A DNA stretch of 64,000 nucleotides from a virus. Taxonomy: Duplodnaviria; Caudoviricetes. This document shows positions 1-10,246 of this stretch, in pieces. The notes beneath the pieces are model-generated. The model did not search any database, had not been told where the DNA came from, and saw only the letters and a program-made list of their open reading frames with translations. How positions within the stretch are numbered: position 1 is the first letter of the stretch; each line of letters starts with the position of its first letter. The stretch covers positions 32,460 to 96,459 of the IMG/VR virus record IMGVR_UViG_3300021254_000029; one strand, given 5' to 3'. Position numbers and translations under genes: made by a program.

Positions 1-433
1 CCTGCTTCAGGAGGTAGTTGCGCAGGGTGTAGTGCAGGATGGTGAAGTCGTGCTCGATGCCCTGCTGCTTGTAGCGGCTGATGGCCTCGCGCACAGCAGG
101 TGCAGGCCACCACTCGTCATAGGTCTGCGGCGCGCAGTGGCGGCGCAGGTCGGTGGCGAAGCGCTCCACTTCGCGCAGAGCTTTCTTCCCCTCGCGCACA
201 GCGAGTGCGGCGTGTTGGGGGAAGTTCTCGCGGTCGAAGAAGCGCCCGATGATGTCGTCTACGTAGGACATCATCGTCAGCGTGAAGATGCCGACGCTGC
301 GCGTACAGAGGTCTAAGAACGACATCCAGCGATCCAGTGTTGCATTGATGCGGTCGGTGTAGTTCTTGTCGGACTGCCGCTGTGCCGCGATGGCTGCGTG
401 CAAAGTGCCGACGGTTGTTGTGTTATCAGTCAT
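1..433 (-). CDS. Hypothetical protein, partial (runs off left edge)
   Basis: Open frame from ATG at 433 (MTDNTTTVGTLHAAIAAQ...) with no stop before the edge; same strand as neighbours. Confidence 0.6.
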   Translation of the reverse strand, partial: MTDNTTTVGTLHAAIAAQRQSDKNYTDRINATLDRWMSFLDLCTRSVGIFTLTMMSYVDDIIGRFFDRENFPQHAALAVREGKKALREVERFATDLRRHCAPQTYDEWWPAPAVREAISRYKQQGIEHDFTILHYTLRNYLLKQ

Positions 434-763
434 TCTTCAGTTCTTTATAGATTTTTTCCAACTCTTTGTCGCTGGCGCGCTGGTTCTGCTTCAGCACTTC
501 GAGGAAGCGGTCCCGTCCGAGGCGACGGTAGTGCTTCACGAAGTCCAGACGCACGAGGTCGGCAGGTTCTCCGGTTCGATGGCCTTCTCACGGCCAGCCT
601 TGTCCGCTAAGGCGGAACACTCGAAGATGTCCTTGCCTTCCTTGTTGACGATGACATAGACGTGTCCGTCCACTTTGATTTGTCCGTAGTACCGGGCGAT
701 GCTGAATGGGCTGTTGGCCCAATACTCCTCGGCCATACAGATAGGTACGAATGTAGTGTCCAT
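426..763 (-). pseudogene. Hypothetical phage protein with a 1-nt frameshift near 570 (pseudogene or sequencing error)
   Basis: ORF 536-763 reads ...KAIEP; the shifted frame continues GEPADLVRLDFVKHYRR...KELKND* to a stop at 426 overlapping the next start. Confidence 0.55.
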
Positions 764-784
764 TGTTGTTTTGTTTTTTAGGTG

Positions 785-1075
785 CTACCATCCCTCTCCG
801 AACACCCCATCAAGCGGGTCGTTATCCTCGTCTTGAGTAGTTGGTGGTGGCGCTGGTTCGCACATAAAAGCGGGTAACCAGGCTTTGGCTGGGCGCCCTG
901 GCATGTCGGCGAAGTTCAGCATCAGAAAGGCATGACGGGTGCCAATGCACTCGCCTATGCGGTTGCCATACTTCTCCGCCAACTTGCGTATAGCCTTGAA
1001 AAATTCATATTTATCCTCATAGCCATATTCATGGTGTGGAGGTATATTGGGATGAGATGTAATGCGGTAGAACAC
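785..1075 (-). CDS. Hypothetical protein
   Basis: 96 aa ORF in operon context. Confidence 0.6.
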   Translation of the reverse strand: MFYRITSHPNIPPHHEYGYEDKYEFFKAIRKLAEKYGNRIGECIGTRHAFLMLNFADMPGRPAKAWLPAFMCEPAPPPTTQDEDNDPLDGVFGEGW

Positions 1076-1117
1076 GATTTACGATTTACTATTTGACGAT
1101 TTACAATTTACAATGAT

Positions 1118-2272
1118 TTAGTCATTCAGCATCATTGGCATGACGAGGATGAGAACTGCAGTGTTCGGGTCCTGTTCAGCGGGCGTGAAGATCATTGCTC
1201 GGTTCGGTTCACTGAGAATAATGCAGATTTCCTTCGGCAGACGTGTAAGCACATCGAGGAGTAGGCTCCCCTTTGCGCCGATGGAAAAGCTCTTTGGCCC
1301 GTTGAAGGTAGCGCGAATCGTTTCCTCGCCACTTGTGGCAAAATCCACATCGCTGGCTTCCAACCTCAGTGCTTCTGCAGTCAGTGTGAGACGCACGAGA
1401 GCACTGTTTCGGTCGCTGAATGCCAAGACGCGGCGGATGGCCGGCACGAGTTCGGCAGCGTTTACGTTGGCTATGTAGGGACTGTTTTTTGGAATGACGC
1501 TGTTGTAGTTTGGGTAGCGCCCGTCGATGAGTCGTGCATGCAGTTCAAGTCCGTCAGCGTGAACGAAAAGCTGCTGCTCAGTAAATTCCATGCTTACTAC
1601 ACCACTGGCCTTGAATAATTGTCCACGTAGGATATTGGCGGTTTTCTTGGGCATAATCAAGGTGGCGTCACGCGCTGGCAATTTCACATCGTTGTCGATG
1701 GTGCTACGACGCACGAGAACTCTTCCGTTAGTCCCCACACAGGTCATGCTCTCAGGCGTAAGGTCGAAGAAAATTCCCGTCATCACGGGGCGTATCTCGT
1801 CGTCGGCCACGGCAAACAGCGTGCCTTCAATCTCCCCAAGCAACCGCGAGGCTGGCAGCGTCAGTGTGTCGCCGTTCTCGCCCAAGGCGGGGGGGGCTGG
1901 ATACTCGCTTGCGTGCTCTCCAACAATGTCAAAATGCCCATTGGCGTAGTCCCCACGGATTTCCATCGTCGCCATGTTGATGGCGAGCGTGACGGGCTGC
2001 GACGGTATTTCCTTCAGCGCATCTATAATCAACTTAGCCTTGACGCAAAAACGGCGTTGTTCAGTCTCATCGTCGGGCTTGAAGTTCGCAAGTGGGCACG
2101 AGAGAGTCAAGGTGTTCTCGGCATCACTGGCCGTAATTCCAAGCGCCTGATCCTCAGCTTTCACTTCAATAAGGAAGCAGTCGAGGATGGGCAAAGAGTT
2201 CTTGGAGTTCAGCACGCGTCCAGCCGCTGACAGTTGCTGCGCGAGGGCAGCGGAATCAAATGTGATTTGCAT
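1118..2272 (-). CDS. dnaN: DNA polymerase III beta subunit (sliding clamp)
   Basis: 384 aa; LPILDCFLIE, ITASDAE, RPVMTGIFF, GTNGRVL, RLIDGRYPNYNSVIP, LVMPM C-terminus typical of beta clamps. Confidence 0.93.
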   Translation of the reverse strand: MQITFDSAALAQQLSAAGRVLNSKNSLPILDCFLIEVKAEDQALGITASDAENTLTLSCPLANFKPDDETEQRRFCVKAKLIIDALKEIPSQPVTLAINMATMEIRGDYANGHFDIVGEHASEYPAPPALGENGDTLTLPASRLLGEIEGTLFAVADDEIRPVMTGIFFDLTPESMTCVGTNGRVLVRRSTIDNDVKLPARDATLIMPKKTANILRGQLFKASGVVSMEFTEQQLFVHADGLELHARLIDGRYPNYNSVIPKNSPYIANVNAAELVPAIRRVLAFSDRNSALVRLTLTAEALRLEASDVDFATSGEETIRATFNGPKSFSIGAKGSLLLDVLTRLPKEICIILSEPNRAMIFTPAEQDPNTAVLILVMPMMLND

Positions 2273-2276
2273 ATTA

Positions 2277-3341
2277 TTAATTTCTTTTAATTTTAGTTCT
2301 CATCTGTTCAATCTCCTTCGCCTTCTTGGCCATGCGATTAAGAATGCTCAAAATGAAAGGGAGGTTTGCCTCGTAGACCTGCTTCGGGTCGGTGAATCCT
2401 CCTTCGTCCATAACGGCTACGATGGTGTCTGACTCACCAGTGAGGGCAGTGTGCAGCGGATTGTGTTTCGCTGGTCCTCCGAAGAGGTCTGGGAAAACCG
2501 CCTCGTAAAACTGCATCGCAGTCTGATAAGCTTGAAAACAAATGTGGTAGAGCGCAAAGGCACTTGGATTACTCCGACTTCTCCAATCACTTCGCTCCAG
2601 TTGCTTCTCCCACCACTTCGCCAGCCAGTCTGCACGGTCAGCATCATAGCGATATTCCCAATGCAACCTGAAGCGGATACTACCGCCAGAGGTGTCGAAG
2701 AGGGCAAGTGAACGTGGGGTGAGTGCGGTGGCGAGAAACTGTGCCTGCAAGCGCTCGGTGACGCCTTCTTGGAATATCTGTGCCACGATGCCTTGCAGTT
2801 GCCGGTATTGATACCAAGTAAGGTTGTTAAGCGCCACCTGTGGCAGGGCAAAATATCTCTTACGCCACGGCAGGAAGCGCGAGGTGCAAATCACGACGTT
2901 CTCCTGTGGCATAGCCAGCGCATCTCGCCATTCTCCCACGGGATTGACGTAGCCTGGGTGCGGATCACGACGCTCCTTCACAACCTCACCCTGCTCATTC
3001 TTCTCTTCCTTATCGCCCATGTCGCCGTATGGGAAGTCGAACCACGGCAGTGCCTGCTTCGCCATTTGCGACAGCTCGCGCGCCGTGGTGGCAAATTGTC
3101 TCCAAGAGGGGGTGTGAAGAGTATAGAGGACTTCGCCCGTTCCCTTATGACATTCACATCTATCCATATAGGGTGCAATGTTATGATGGCATACCTCCAA
3201 CCGGCACAGCGTCAGCAGCGCTGCCACCCGTGCCGCGTCGGCATTCCCTGCATAACAAGCTTTCACATGCCAGCACTCGCACAACTGCTGCCAAGTGAGT
3301 TCACTCCAAGAGTGCGGGAGGGGAGGTAGGGAATCTGTCAT
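2277..3341 (-). CDS. Conserved Bacteroidetes phage protein (LPxSWxELT N-terminus; possibly tail-assembly-chaperone-like)
   Basis: Long ORF with LPHSWSELTWQQL; function is inference only. Confidence 0.55.
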   Translation of the reverse strand: MTDSLPPLPHSWSELTWQQLCECWHVKACYAGNADAARVAALLTLCRLEVCHHNIAPYMDRCECHKGTGEVLYTLHTPSWRQFATTARELSQMAKQALPWFDFPYGDMGDKEEKNEQGEVVKERRDPHPGYVNPVGEWRDALAMPQENVVICTSRFLPWRKRYFALPQVALNNLTWYQYRQLQGIVAQIFQEGVTERLQAQFLATALTPRSLALFDTSGGSIRFRLHWEYRYDADRADWLAKWWEKQLERSDWRSRSNPSAFALYHICFQAYQTAMQFYEAVFPDLFGGPAKHNPLHTALTGESDTIVAVMDEGGFTDPKQVYEANLPFILSILNRMAKKAKEIEQMRTKIKRN

Positions 3342-3474
3342 TACTGTCTTAGTTTTATCTCGTGATCCTGGCACGCCTTTGATGCTTGATCACAGCCATC
3401 GTTTGCGACAACTTCCTTTGGGAGGATAGGCAGAAAAAGGGTTAGGTCATCTGCCAGCCATGCGGTAATTGGTC

Positions 3475-3834
3475 TCATCTGTTTGGTTCACTAAGATTAT
3501 ATACATCTACACTTACTTCTACATTCTCTCCAAAACATTCGTTATGTGTTCGCATGAAATTATGAGCTCTCTCCTCATATTCACCAATGAGTTGTTTCAA
3601 CTTTTTTGCTTCCTCGAACTTCTCGCATTTGACGAGATGACCCAATGCGGCCTTCATCTCCGCAATTTGGTCGAACATGCTCTTCAGGTACAACGCAGAT
3701 TGCCTTGCTTCCATTCTATGCAGTTCAGCCTTTATGCTCGGAAGAAGGGTGAAGTAGCAACGGATAGCAAGCCAAGCTGTTGCGGCATAGCCTACAACAG
3801 CAGCAACATACATGACAGCAAGTATTATATCCAT
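3475..3834 (-). CDS. Membrane-anchored coiled-coil protein
   Basis: N-terminal hydrophobic helix followed by a helical region with EKFEEAKKLK (UVR-like). Confidence 0.6.
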   Translation of the reverse strand: MDIILAVMYVAAVVGYAATAWLAIRCYFTLLPSIKAELHRMEARQSALYLKSMFDQIAEMKAALGHLVKCEKFEEAKKLKQLIGEYEERAHNFMRTHNECFGENVEVSVDVYNLSEPNR

Positions 3835-3844
3835 GGCGTTACAA

Positions 3845-4294
3845 TTATCTCGCAGCGAGGGTATCACAGCCTATCACGTCCACAATTTTCGTTTCGCTGA
3901 GCTGCACGTTTACCCAGTCACCGAGCGTTCCATTCATGCCATCCTCGATGGTGTCGCGTGCATCGTCGAAATCCACAGCCTTCACCATCACCTCTTGCGG
4001 CGTACGCTTCTCCTTGCCCGTTTTCTCGTCGATCGTGATATACGCCAGCTTGGCGCGGAACCAGCGGTCGGCATCAGCCTGTTTGCTCTCGAAAATTTCC
4101 GCCACCGGCACACGTTTGATAGCCGTCACGTCAAACTCACCGCTTACATACGGCGCTATATACTCAACGAAGCGAGTCTCGGCTTCCGTGAAATTCGAGG
4201 CCAGCACGAGGTATTTTTCACTCACTTTCTTGATCACGCCATTTTCTTGAGTCTTGTCGCACCTAACAGTACACTCGTAATACATTTTGTTCAT
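3845..4294 (-). CDS. DUF4494 family protein
   Basis: YECTVRCDKTQENG..KKVSEKYLVLASNFTEAE and WFRAKLAYITIDEKTGKEKRT motifs. Confidence 0.85.
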   Translation of the reverse strand: MNKMYYECTVRCDKTQENGVIKKVSEKYLVLASNFTEAETRFVEYIAPYVSGEFDVTAIKRVPVAEIFESKQADADRWFRAKLAYITIDEKTGKEKRTPQEVMVKAVDFDDARDTIEDGMNGTLGDWVNVQLSETKIVDVIGCDTLAAR

Positions 4295-4327
4295 TTTAGT
4301 ACTCTTTTATATTAAACATAACTCTTG

Positions 4328-4720
4328 TTAGTTGATTTTTCTTTCTCGCATTTTCCGTCGTATAATAGAATCTTCTTCCCTACGGCGCCGTTCTTCAACG
4401 ATATGCTCGTAGAACTCGCGATGACAGGCAATATCCTCTTTGCTTAATTTAAGCAGTTGCTGAATGGCAGCCTTTTGCTTTGACGACATTTCAGAGGTTA
4501 TTGGGATGTCTTCAATACACTCATTGAGCAGCCGAATGATATTCGACTTACGCCATGCGGTTCTAACGCCCCATCCACGAACCCTCTCAATCTCTTTTTT
4601 ACAAGCACGCCAATAAGCAGTGTTAGCAGCCCCCTTAGAGGGCCCTTTATATATCCACACAACCCGTCCTGTCAAACATGATCTTCGGATTACGATTACT
4701 TGTTTATTTTTGCCAGACAT
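4328..4720 (-). CDS. Basic hypothetical protein
   Basis: 130 aa ORF in operon context. Confidence 0.6.
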   Translation of the reverse strand: MSGKNKQVIVIRRSCLTGRVVWIYKGPSKGAANTAYWRACKKEIERVRGWGVRTAWRKSNIIRLLNECIEDIPITSEMSSKQKAAIQQLLKLSKEDIACHREFYEHIVEERRRREEDSIIRRKMRERKIN

Positions 4721-4741
4721 ACTTTATTCTTTTTTGGGGCA

Positions 4742-7700
4742 TTACTCGCCTCCCTCCTCGGGATCTTTCTCGGGTGCAGCCTGAACCCAATCCTCATCAC
4801 CTTCATGAGAAGGGTCAAAGAAGTGGCGTGGGACGTAGCCTTTCCGGTAGAAGTAATACACTCGCGTACTGTTGCGCAGTTCGCGCGGCTTCCGTTCACC
4901 ACTTTTTTCGTCGATGGCTATGCTGTAGCCGTCAGGGCCCTTTGGGTGTTGCCACGCCGCACACTGACGAAAACCACGTTCCCTGTCAGTTGGTGTCAGC
5001 AGCACAACAGGCGGATCCACGACGTAGATGCTTGTCTTGATGTAGTCCGCCAGGTTGTCGCGGATGCGCTTGTAGGCAGCCTTCAGGGTCTTCTCGCCCA
5101 CGGTGATTCCGCAGTAGTCGAGCAGGCTTATGGCAAGCTCTCGCTGTGCGATGGGCGTACCGAGATGTCGTTTGTCGGCGAGGTACTGGGCTATCCACAA
5201 AGTGAATTGCTCGTCCTTGCTTGCAGCCAGTGCCTGACGTAGCAGGGCACGGCTGTCACGTGGCGGCCGCAGGGTCTCGTCGGGCAGCTGGAAGAAAAGC
5301 TGCGCACAGCCGAGCAGGAGGTTTCTGGCCTCGTTGAGCATGGCGGCAGGCAGGTTGCGCGACACTTCCTTGATGTGGTAGTCCTTGCGGAAATCGTCGG
5401 CGGGCGTGTGGGCTGGCCGGCTGCCGTCCATGCTTCGGGGATGATACCAGTCGCCCACGAGGATCTGATAGATACGTCGGCTCGTAGAGTCGCTGCTGAG
5501 GTCGAGTTGCTCGTTGCTGGCCACCACAAACTTCGGCAGGTCGTCGCCAGTCAGACGGACGGAGCCGTGATACAACCCACGCGAGGTGACACCCAGCGGC
5601 ATATTGTACATCTTCTTCGGCGAGAAACCTGCGGGCAACTCGTCCAGACAGACCACGTTGTGCAACCCCGGCACAATCTTCCCGAGTTCCTGCTCCAGGA
5701 TGATGTTCGACCCTTCCAATGCCTTGCCGTCGATGGTGAGGGAACAACGCACGAGCGAGAGCATTTCCAAGATGGCTGTCTTACCCGTGCCGCCCGACGC
5801 CAAATCCTCTCGCCGTGTGCCGTTGTCCGTGATGTGGATGAACTGCTGACGGTTGGCGGAACGGTGCCTTACCAATGCCGAACCGAGGGCATGGAGCATG
5901 GCGATGAAGTACATATCCTGCACCTGCTTCTCCGTCTTCGTCAGTTCCTGCGTCTGCTCCTTCTCCCAGAAGATGCGACAGGTGTTATAGAGGAAGCGGA
6001 AGTGCATGGGCATTTCGTCTATGGGTTTGTCCGTCACCAAACGGTATTTCCACAGCGCCTCCCACTGGTCCCAGCGCATATTCTCCTGCGCCCGCTCTTC
6101 TTGAGTCTTGGCGGTCTGCAATATCTCTTCGTGCTTGATGCGCTCCGGCTCGTAGAAGGGATTAACCTCCACGCGCCACGCTTGCGGCACAACCTCGAAC
6201 TTGCCGTCGAGGATGGCATCGGCGCTCGTCCACCACTTCATGCTGCTGTACGGCACCTTCTCTATCTTGTCGGCTGTAACCTTCACTGCCGTATTCTTGA
6301 AGAAGAAGTGGTCGAAGTCCTCGCCGAAACTCTTGTCGTTGAAATCCACTGTTTCGATACTTTCCATAACGTTCTGTTCCATCTTTGCTGAAAAAATAGC
6401 GCGTGAGAGCGCGCCCTTCTCGTCGTTGTATTCTTTGTGTGCCCTGAGCCATTCCGCCATGAGGTCACGGCTCTGCGCCACGAGTTTGTTACTGCCTTTC
6501 TGTCCTGTGAACAACTCACAGAACGTGTGGTCGTTGCCCAACAGGAAGAAGCGTGAATAGGAGTCATCGCCCTGCTCCACATATTTCCTCACCATACCCC
6601 TCGCGCGGAGGAACACGGGTGTATTGCGCAGGTCGAACTTATATCTGTTTCTCGGCGAACCATCCTTGTCCTTGCGCTCACTCTCGTACTGCCAGAACTG
6701 GCACGTCGGCGTGTCAAAAAGGGCATTGTCGAACCACTCCACGGGGTCGTCGTGCTGCACGTCGGCGGGCATCAGCCCCTCCACCTCCGCAAAGCGCGTT
6801 ATGAAGTCCGTGACATCTTTCAGCGGTTTCTGCAGTGTGCCTTGCGGTTTTCCCGCAAGGACAGTCCCCAGCTCCTTCGGCAGTCTCAGCCACCTCACCT
6901 GCGGATTGTTGAGCGCAATAGCCTGGCTTGCCGCCAGTCCCGTGGCATCCTCGTCATAGCATACATACAAGCCACCTTCCTTCGTCACGCCCAGCAACTT
7001 CTTGATGAAAGCCCGGAGCCAGCGGTTGGGTCGCACGTTGCCGCCCTTCTTGTCAAAACCCGCCTGCTCAGAATGCAACCACACAACATGGGTATTGCTA
7101 TGACTATACACCGCCATTGCATCCCTCGGACCGCTGCACAGCACCACGCGCTCGAACTTCACTTTGCCCGTTTCCTTGCCGTCCTTGTCCGTCACCTTTT
7201 CGTAGGGATGCCGCTCGTCCACCTCCGGTACGGCACCTTCCAGCGCATCCGTCAGCCCGGCATCGGCATACCAGCGATGCTCCAAGTCGGCATCCTCCGT
7301 GAGGCAATACCACGTCCACTTCGTCTTACCGTAGAAGTCCTTCGGCTCATATTTCTTTACGCCCCACGCATAGCGGAACATAAAAATGGGATAGTTCTTA
7401 GTGGCTCTTACGATGCTCACGTAGTAGCCACCCTTTTCCTTATTCTCTTTTCTCCGGATAAACCTCGCCACTGGCTCCACGCCAAACAGCCTTTCCACCT
7501 CTGTGCCCCACTGTGCAATGGTCCGCGCTTCGGCTTTCTTCGGCCCACGGTAGAAGCCCGCTCCAAGCGAGCACCAATACAGTGCCTCGCCCGTGTCGGG
7601 GTCGAACTGCGTCAGCAAATCGCCCGGCCTTATCTCCACCGCAGTGTGCTCGGCGGTTCTTGAAGTATCAAGCGTCCCTTCGGGCCGAGCGTCCCCACCG

Positions 7701-8242
7701 AGAACGATAGCATCCTTCCGGCTTGCCTTCCTCGTTGCCAACTCCACCCGGAATCCCAGCGCCTTCAGCCCTTCTTCCGTCCACTCTCCACGCTCGAACT
7801 GCGGTTCCTTGCCGTCCCACTCAGCATACTGCACCTCCGCCTGACGAAAAGCATTCCAGCCAATAATCTGTGTTCGCAGCGCGTTGTAGTACGGCTTCTC
7901 ACCCTCCTCCTCTTCCAATTCCACGTTGCAGCGTGTAGCCAGCTCCTTCAGCACCCGCTCACGTTCCTCGTCGGGCACCTTACCCGCCGGCAGACCCATC
8001 AGCCGTGCAGCTAACTGCACAGCCCCGAAGCCCTCCTCGTGGCACGCGAAGCACTTGAAGCCAAGGTCCGTCGCCCCCTTCCTCCCCTCCTTGTCAACGA
8101 TGAACGAAGGTCTATGGTCATCATGCCACGGACACAGGAACGATGCCGACTTGTCACCGTCGCGCATCGGCACCCTGCCCCACCCTCTCATCACCTCCAC
8201 GAGGCTCAGGCTATTTAATATGTCGAAGTTTTCCTTGTTCAC
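4742..8242 (-). CDS. DNA primase-helicase (CHC2 zinc finger, Toprim, P-loop helicase)
   Basis: CPWHDD...CFAC zinc finger; CSGPRDAM and CYDEDATG Toprim motifs; SGGTGKT Walker A; VCLDE Walker B; VASN motif. Confidence 0.88.
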   Translation of the reverse strand: MNKENFDILNSLSLVEVMRGWGRVPMRDGDKSASFLCPWHDDHRPSFIVDKEGRKGATDLGFKCFACHEEGFGAVQLAARLMGLPAGKVPDEERERVLKELATRCNVELEEEEGEKPYYNALRTQIIGWNAFRQAEVQYAEWDGKEPQFERGEWTEEGLKALGFRVELATRKASRKDAIVLGGDARPEGTLDTSRTAEHTAVEIRPGDLLTQFDPDTGEALYWCSLGAGFYRGPKKAEARTIAQWGTEVERLFGVEPVARFIRRKENKEKGGYYVSIVRATKNYPIFMFRYAWGVKKYEPKDFYGKTKWTWYCLTEDADLEHRWYADAGLTDALEGAVPEVDERHPYEKVTDKDGKETGKVKFERVVLCSGPRDAMAVYSHSNTHVVWLHSEQAGFDKKGGNVRPNRWLRAFIKKLLGVTKEGGLYVCYDEDATGLAASQAIALNNPQVRWLRLPKELGTVLAGKPQGTLQKPLKDVTDFITRFAEVEGLMPADVQHDDPVEWFDNALFDTPTCQFWQYESERKDKDGSPRNRYKFDLRNTPVFLRARGMVRKYVEQGDDSYSRFFLLGNDHTFCELFTGQKGSNKLVAQSRDLMAEWLRAHKEYNDEKGALSRAIFSAKMEQNVMESIETVDFNDKSFGEDFDHFFFKNTAVKVTADKIEKVPYSSMKWWTSADAILDGKFEVVPQAWRVEVNPFYEPERIKHEEILQTAKTQEERAQENMRWDQWEALWKYRLVTDKPIDEMPMHFRFLYNTCRIFWEKEQTQELTKTEKQVQDMYFIAMLHALGSALVRHRSANRQQFIHITDNGTRREDLASGGTGKTAILEMLSLVRCSLTIDGKALEGSNIILEQELGKIVPGLHNVVCLDELPAGFSPKKMYNMPLGVTSRGLYHGSVRLTGDDLPKFVVASNEQLDLSSDSTSRRIYQILVGDWYHPRSMDGSRPAHTPADDFRKDYHIKEVSRNLPAAMLNEARNLLLGCAQLFFQLPDETLRPPRDSRALLRQALAASKDEQFTLWIAQYLADKRHLGTPIAQRELAISLLDYCGITVGEKTLKAAYKRIRDNLADYIKTSIYVVDPPVVLLTPTDRERGFRQCAAWQHPKGPDGYSIAIDEKSGERKPRELRNSTRVYYFYRKGYVPRHFFDPSHEGDEDWVQAAPEKDPEEGGE

Positions 8243-8299
8243 AATTCATATCCAGTCTCTTTCACCTTGATTTTATCGCGGGTGAAGTTGATTTTTTCG

Positions 8300-8375
8300 T
8301 GGGAGGATGAGGACTCGAACCTCCGCTCAGGTCAGACTTATTCTACAGTTGCGCCATTTACTGTCTTTTCCTCCC
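8300..8375 (-). ncRNA. tRNA-like element (acceptor stem and T arm; non-canonical D/anticodon region)
   Basis: Minus strand GGGAGGA...TCCTCCC-A acceptor and GAGG-TTCGAGT-CCTC T arm; the middle folds as ACAGT/ACTGT with no canonical anticodon arm. Confidence 0.6.
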
Positions 8376-8472
8376 GTTTAAAAGTGCGTTAGTTCCTTAT
8401 GTAACCCAAACGCACTTCTTGCCGTCTTTCCGGCTGCCTTCCTAATGCTCCAGATATGGATAAGAGCGATCT

Positions 8473-9687
8473 TTATTTGTTGTTCATCTTCTCCACCACC
8501 TGCATCAGCATGTTCAGCCCAACGGCATCCATCGCGCTTCCGCTGCCGTTTCCATTGCCCATGATGATTTCAGGCACCCAGCGGACTTGGCTCTGTGCCA
8601 GCTCGTGCGCGATACCGATGGCCGTCTCTTTTTCGATGGTGGCGCGTTCCAACGGTGTTAGACCGGCACTGACAAGCGCACGGTTGGCAGCAGCCTTGGC
8701 TTCACCCTCTGCCTTGACTCGCTTGGCTACTTCCTCGGCTCGGGCAGCTTCCAGCCGAGCAACCTCGAACTCTTGTTCTGCCTTGGTCACGGCCTTAGCC
8801 TTTTCCTTTTCCTGTTCCCACTTGGCCGTCTCGGCGGCTTGCTTACCCTGCTCCGTCACGAGAATGGTCTTCTGTATGGCTTCCAAACTCTTGGTTTTCG
8901 ATGTCACCTGCGCCAAGTTTGCCGCCTTCTGTGCGTCTATCTGGTCCTGCGTCATCTTATCATATTTGATGTCCGTGATGCTGACGAGGTTGCAGACAAT
9001 ACCATACTGCGAGAACGGACTGACCTCCTGTCGCTTGTAACCACCTGGGGCGTTGCTATCAATGATTAGCTCAGCCTTCGCCACGATGTCGCTATCTCCC
9101 GTCAACTCATTTATGACTGTCAGCTTGTGCATCTTGGTCTTATACACACCATCGTTAAGTTGGTCGGTGATGTACTGAATAAGGTCGGTACGAGTTTCAC
9201 TGACACTCTCCAGAGATGACATAAGCGGACCGCAGGAAGTGACTACCTTGTAGAGCGTAGGACGGATGAGTGCAGAAATCAGAGCTTGCTCAGATCCGAA
9301 GTCCTGCTGTATCTTGCTCATGTGGTTTGCATCCGTTGGCAACACCACACGCAGCGAACCGATAATAAACCCTTTACCCTTATCGTTGAAGGTGACAGCT
9401 GCCCCTGGATTGTCACCTACGGCCACATAACCCTCTTCGTTTTTCTCCACGCCTGTAAACTCCACCTGCGAAGTTTTGTGGTACTCGTAGATGTTACCCC
9501 ACCACTGCTGTTGCAAACCTCCGTTGATCCATACGGCATAGTTGCCCGTGTAGGGGTATTGATTGACATAGATTTTCGACTTGTCGCAGTCCTCAAAGGC
9601 TCCCTGTAACAGGAAGAGCATAAAGATAATGAGGGCACCGACGCAAACGCCAACAATGTGGCTTTTCTTAATCTCAAATGGTTTCAT
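8473..9687 (-). CDS. SPFH/Band 7 (prohibitin/flotillin-like) membrane protein
   Basis: N-terminal TM helix, VTFNDKG motif, SPFH-like core, AE-rich coiled coil, VPEIIMG tail. Confidence 0.8.
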   Translation of the reverse strand: MKPFEIKKSHIVGVCVGALIIFMLFLLQGAFEDCDKSKIYVNQYPYTGNYAVWINGGLQQQWWGNIYEYHKTSQVEFTGVEKNEEGYVAVGDNPGAAVTFNDKGKGFIIGSLRVVLPTDANHMSKIQQDFGSEQALISALIRPTLYKVVTSCGPLMSSLESVSETRTDLIQYITDQLNDGVYKTKMHKLTVINELTGDSDIVAKAELIIDSNAPGGYKRQEVSPFSQYGIVCNLVSITDIKYDKMTQDQIDAQKAANLAQVTSKTKSLEAIQKTILVTEQGKQAAETAKWEQEKEKAKAVTKAEQEFEVARLEAARAEEVAKRVKAEGEAKAAANRALVSAGLTPLERATIEKETAIGIAHELAQSQVRWVPEIIMGNGNGSGSAMDAVGLNMLMQVVEKMNNK

Positions 9688-9877
9688 TTTTTTGTTTTTT
9701 AGTTGTTAAATAAATGAAGTAGTAGAATGGAATTAGTACTTTCGGGAATGTAATGTCTGCCTTGGTAAAGCGAATCACCCCGAAGAGTTGCAACACACAC
9801 AGCAGATAGTACACCGCCGCCAGCGGGATGAGCGTCATACTCAAAAGACGAGCGTAAATCATAGGCCTAAAAATCAA
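9674..9877 (-). CDS. Small membrane protein preceding the SPFH gene
   Basis: Two hydrophobic stretches, LIPFYYF motif, overlaps the SPFH start. Confidence 0.6.
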   Translation of the reverse strand: MIFRPMIYARLLSMTLIPLAAVYYLLCVLQLFGVIRFTKADITFPKVLIPFYYFIYLTTKKQKNETI

Positions 9878-10223
9878 AAGGGTCTGAACTCTCTATATCC
9901 TCTGCATCATCCGTGACAATCGCACTTGCCGATGACTCAACCTTATGACACGGACAGTCTGGACTATGGCGTAGGAAACAGTGATTTTTTTCACATTGTC
10001 TCACGGTATGACCAGACTTTCCGTCGCATGTGGCATACACCAAATAAAACTCATGTTTGCCAAGGTATATACTCTGGGCGTACAATTCACTGCTGTAGCC
10101 ACCAAAAACCACAGTTTCTTCGGAATCTGTCCCTTGCTGCGCCGGAGCTTCCTCACACGCGCCAAGAATCACGAAGACAGCTACCGCTAAAGCAGCTTTC
10201 AGAGAACAATAAATCTTTTTCAT
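9867..10223 (-). CDS. Putative lipoprotein
   Basis: MKK plus hydrophobic stretch plus LGAC lipobox; HSPDCPC motif. Confidence 0.65.
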   Translation of the reverse strand: MKKIYCSLKAALAVAVFVILGACEEAPAQQGTDSEETVVFGGYSSELYAQSIYLGKHEFYLVYATCDGKSGHTVRQCEKNHCFLRHSPDCPCHKVESSASAIVTDDAEDIESSDPFDF

Positions 10224-10246
10224 ATTTCTTGAGTTTAATCAGCAAT

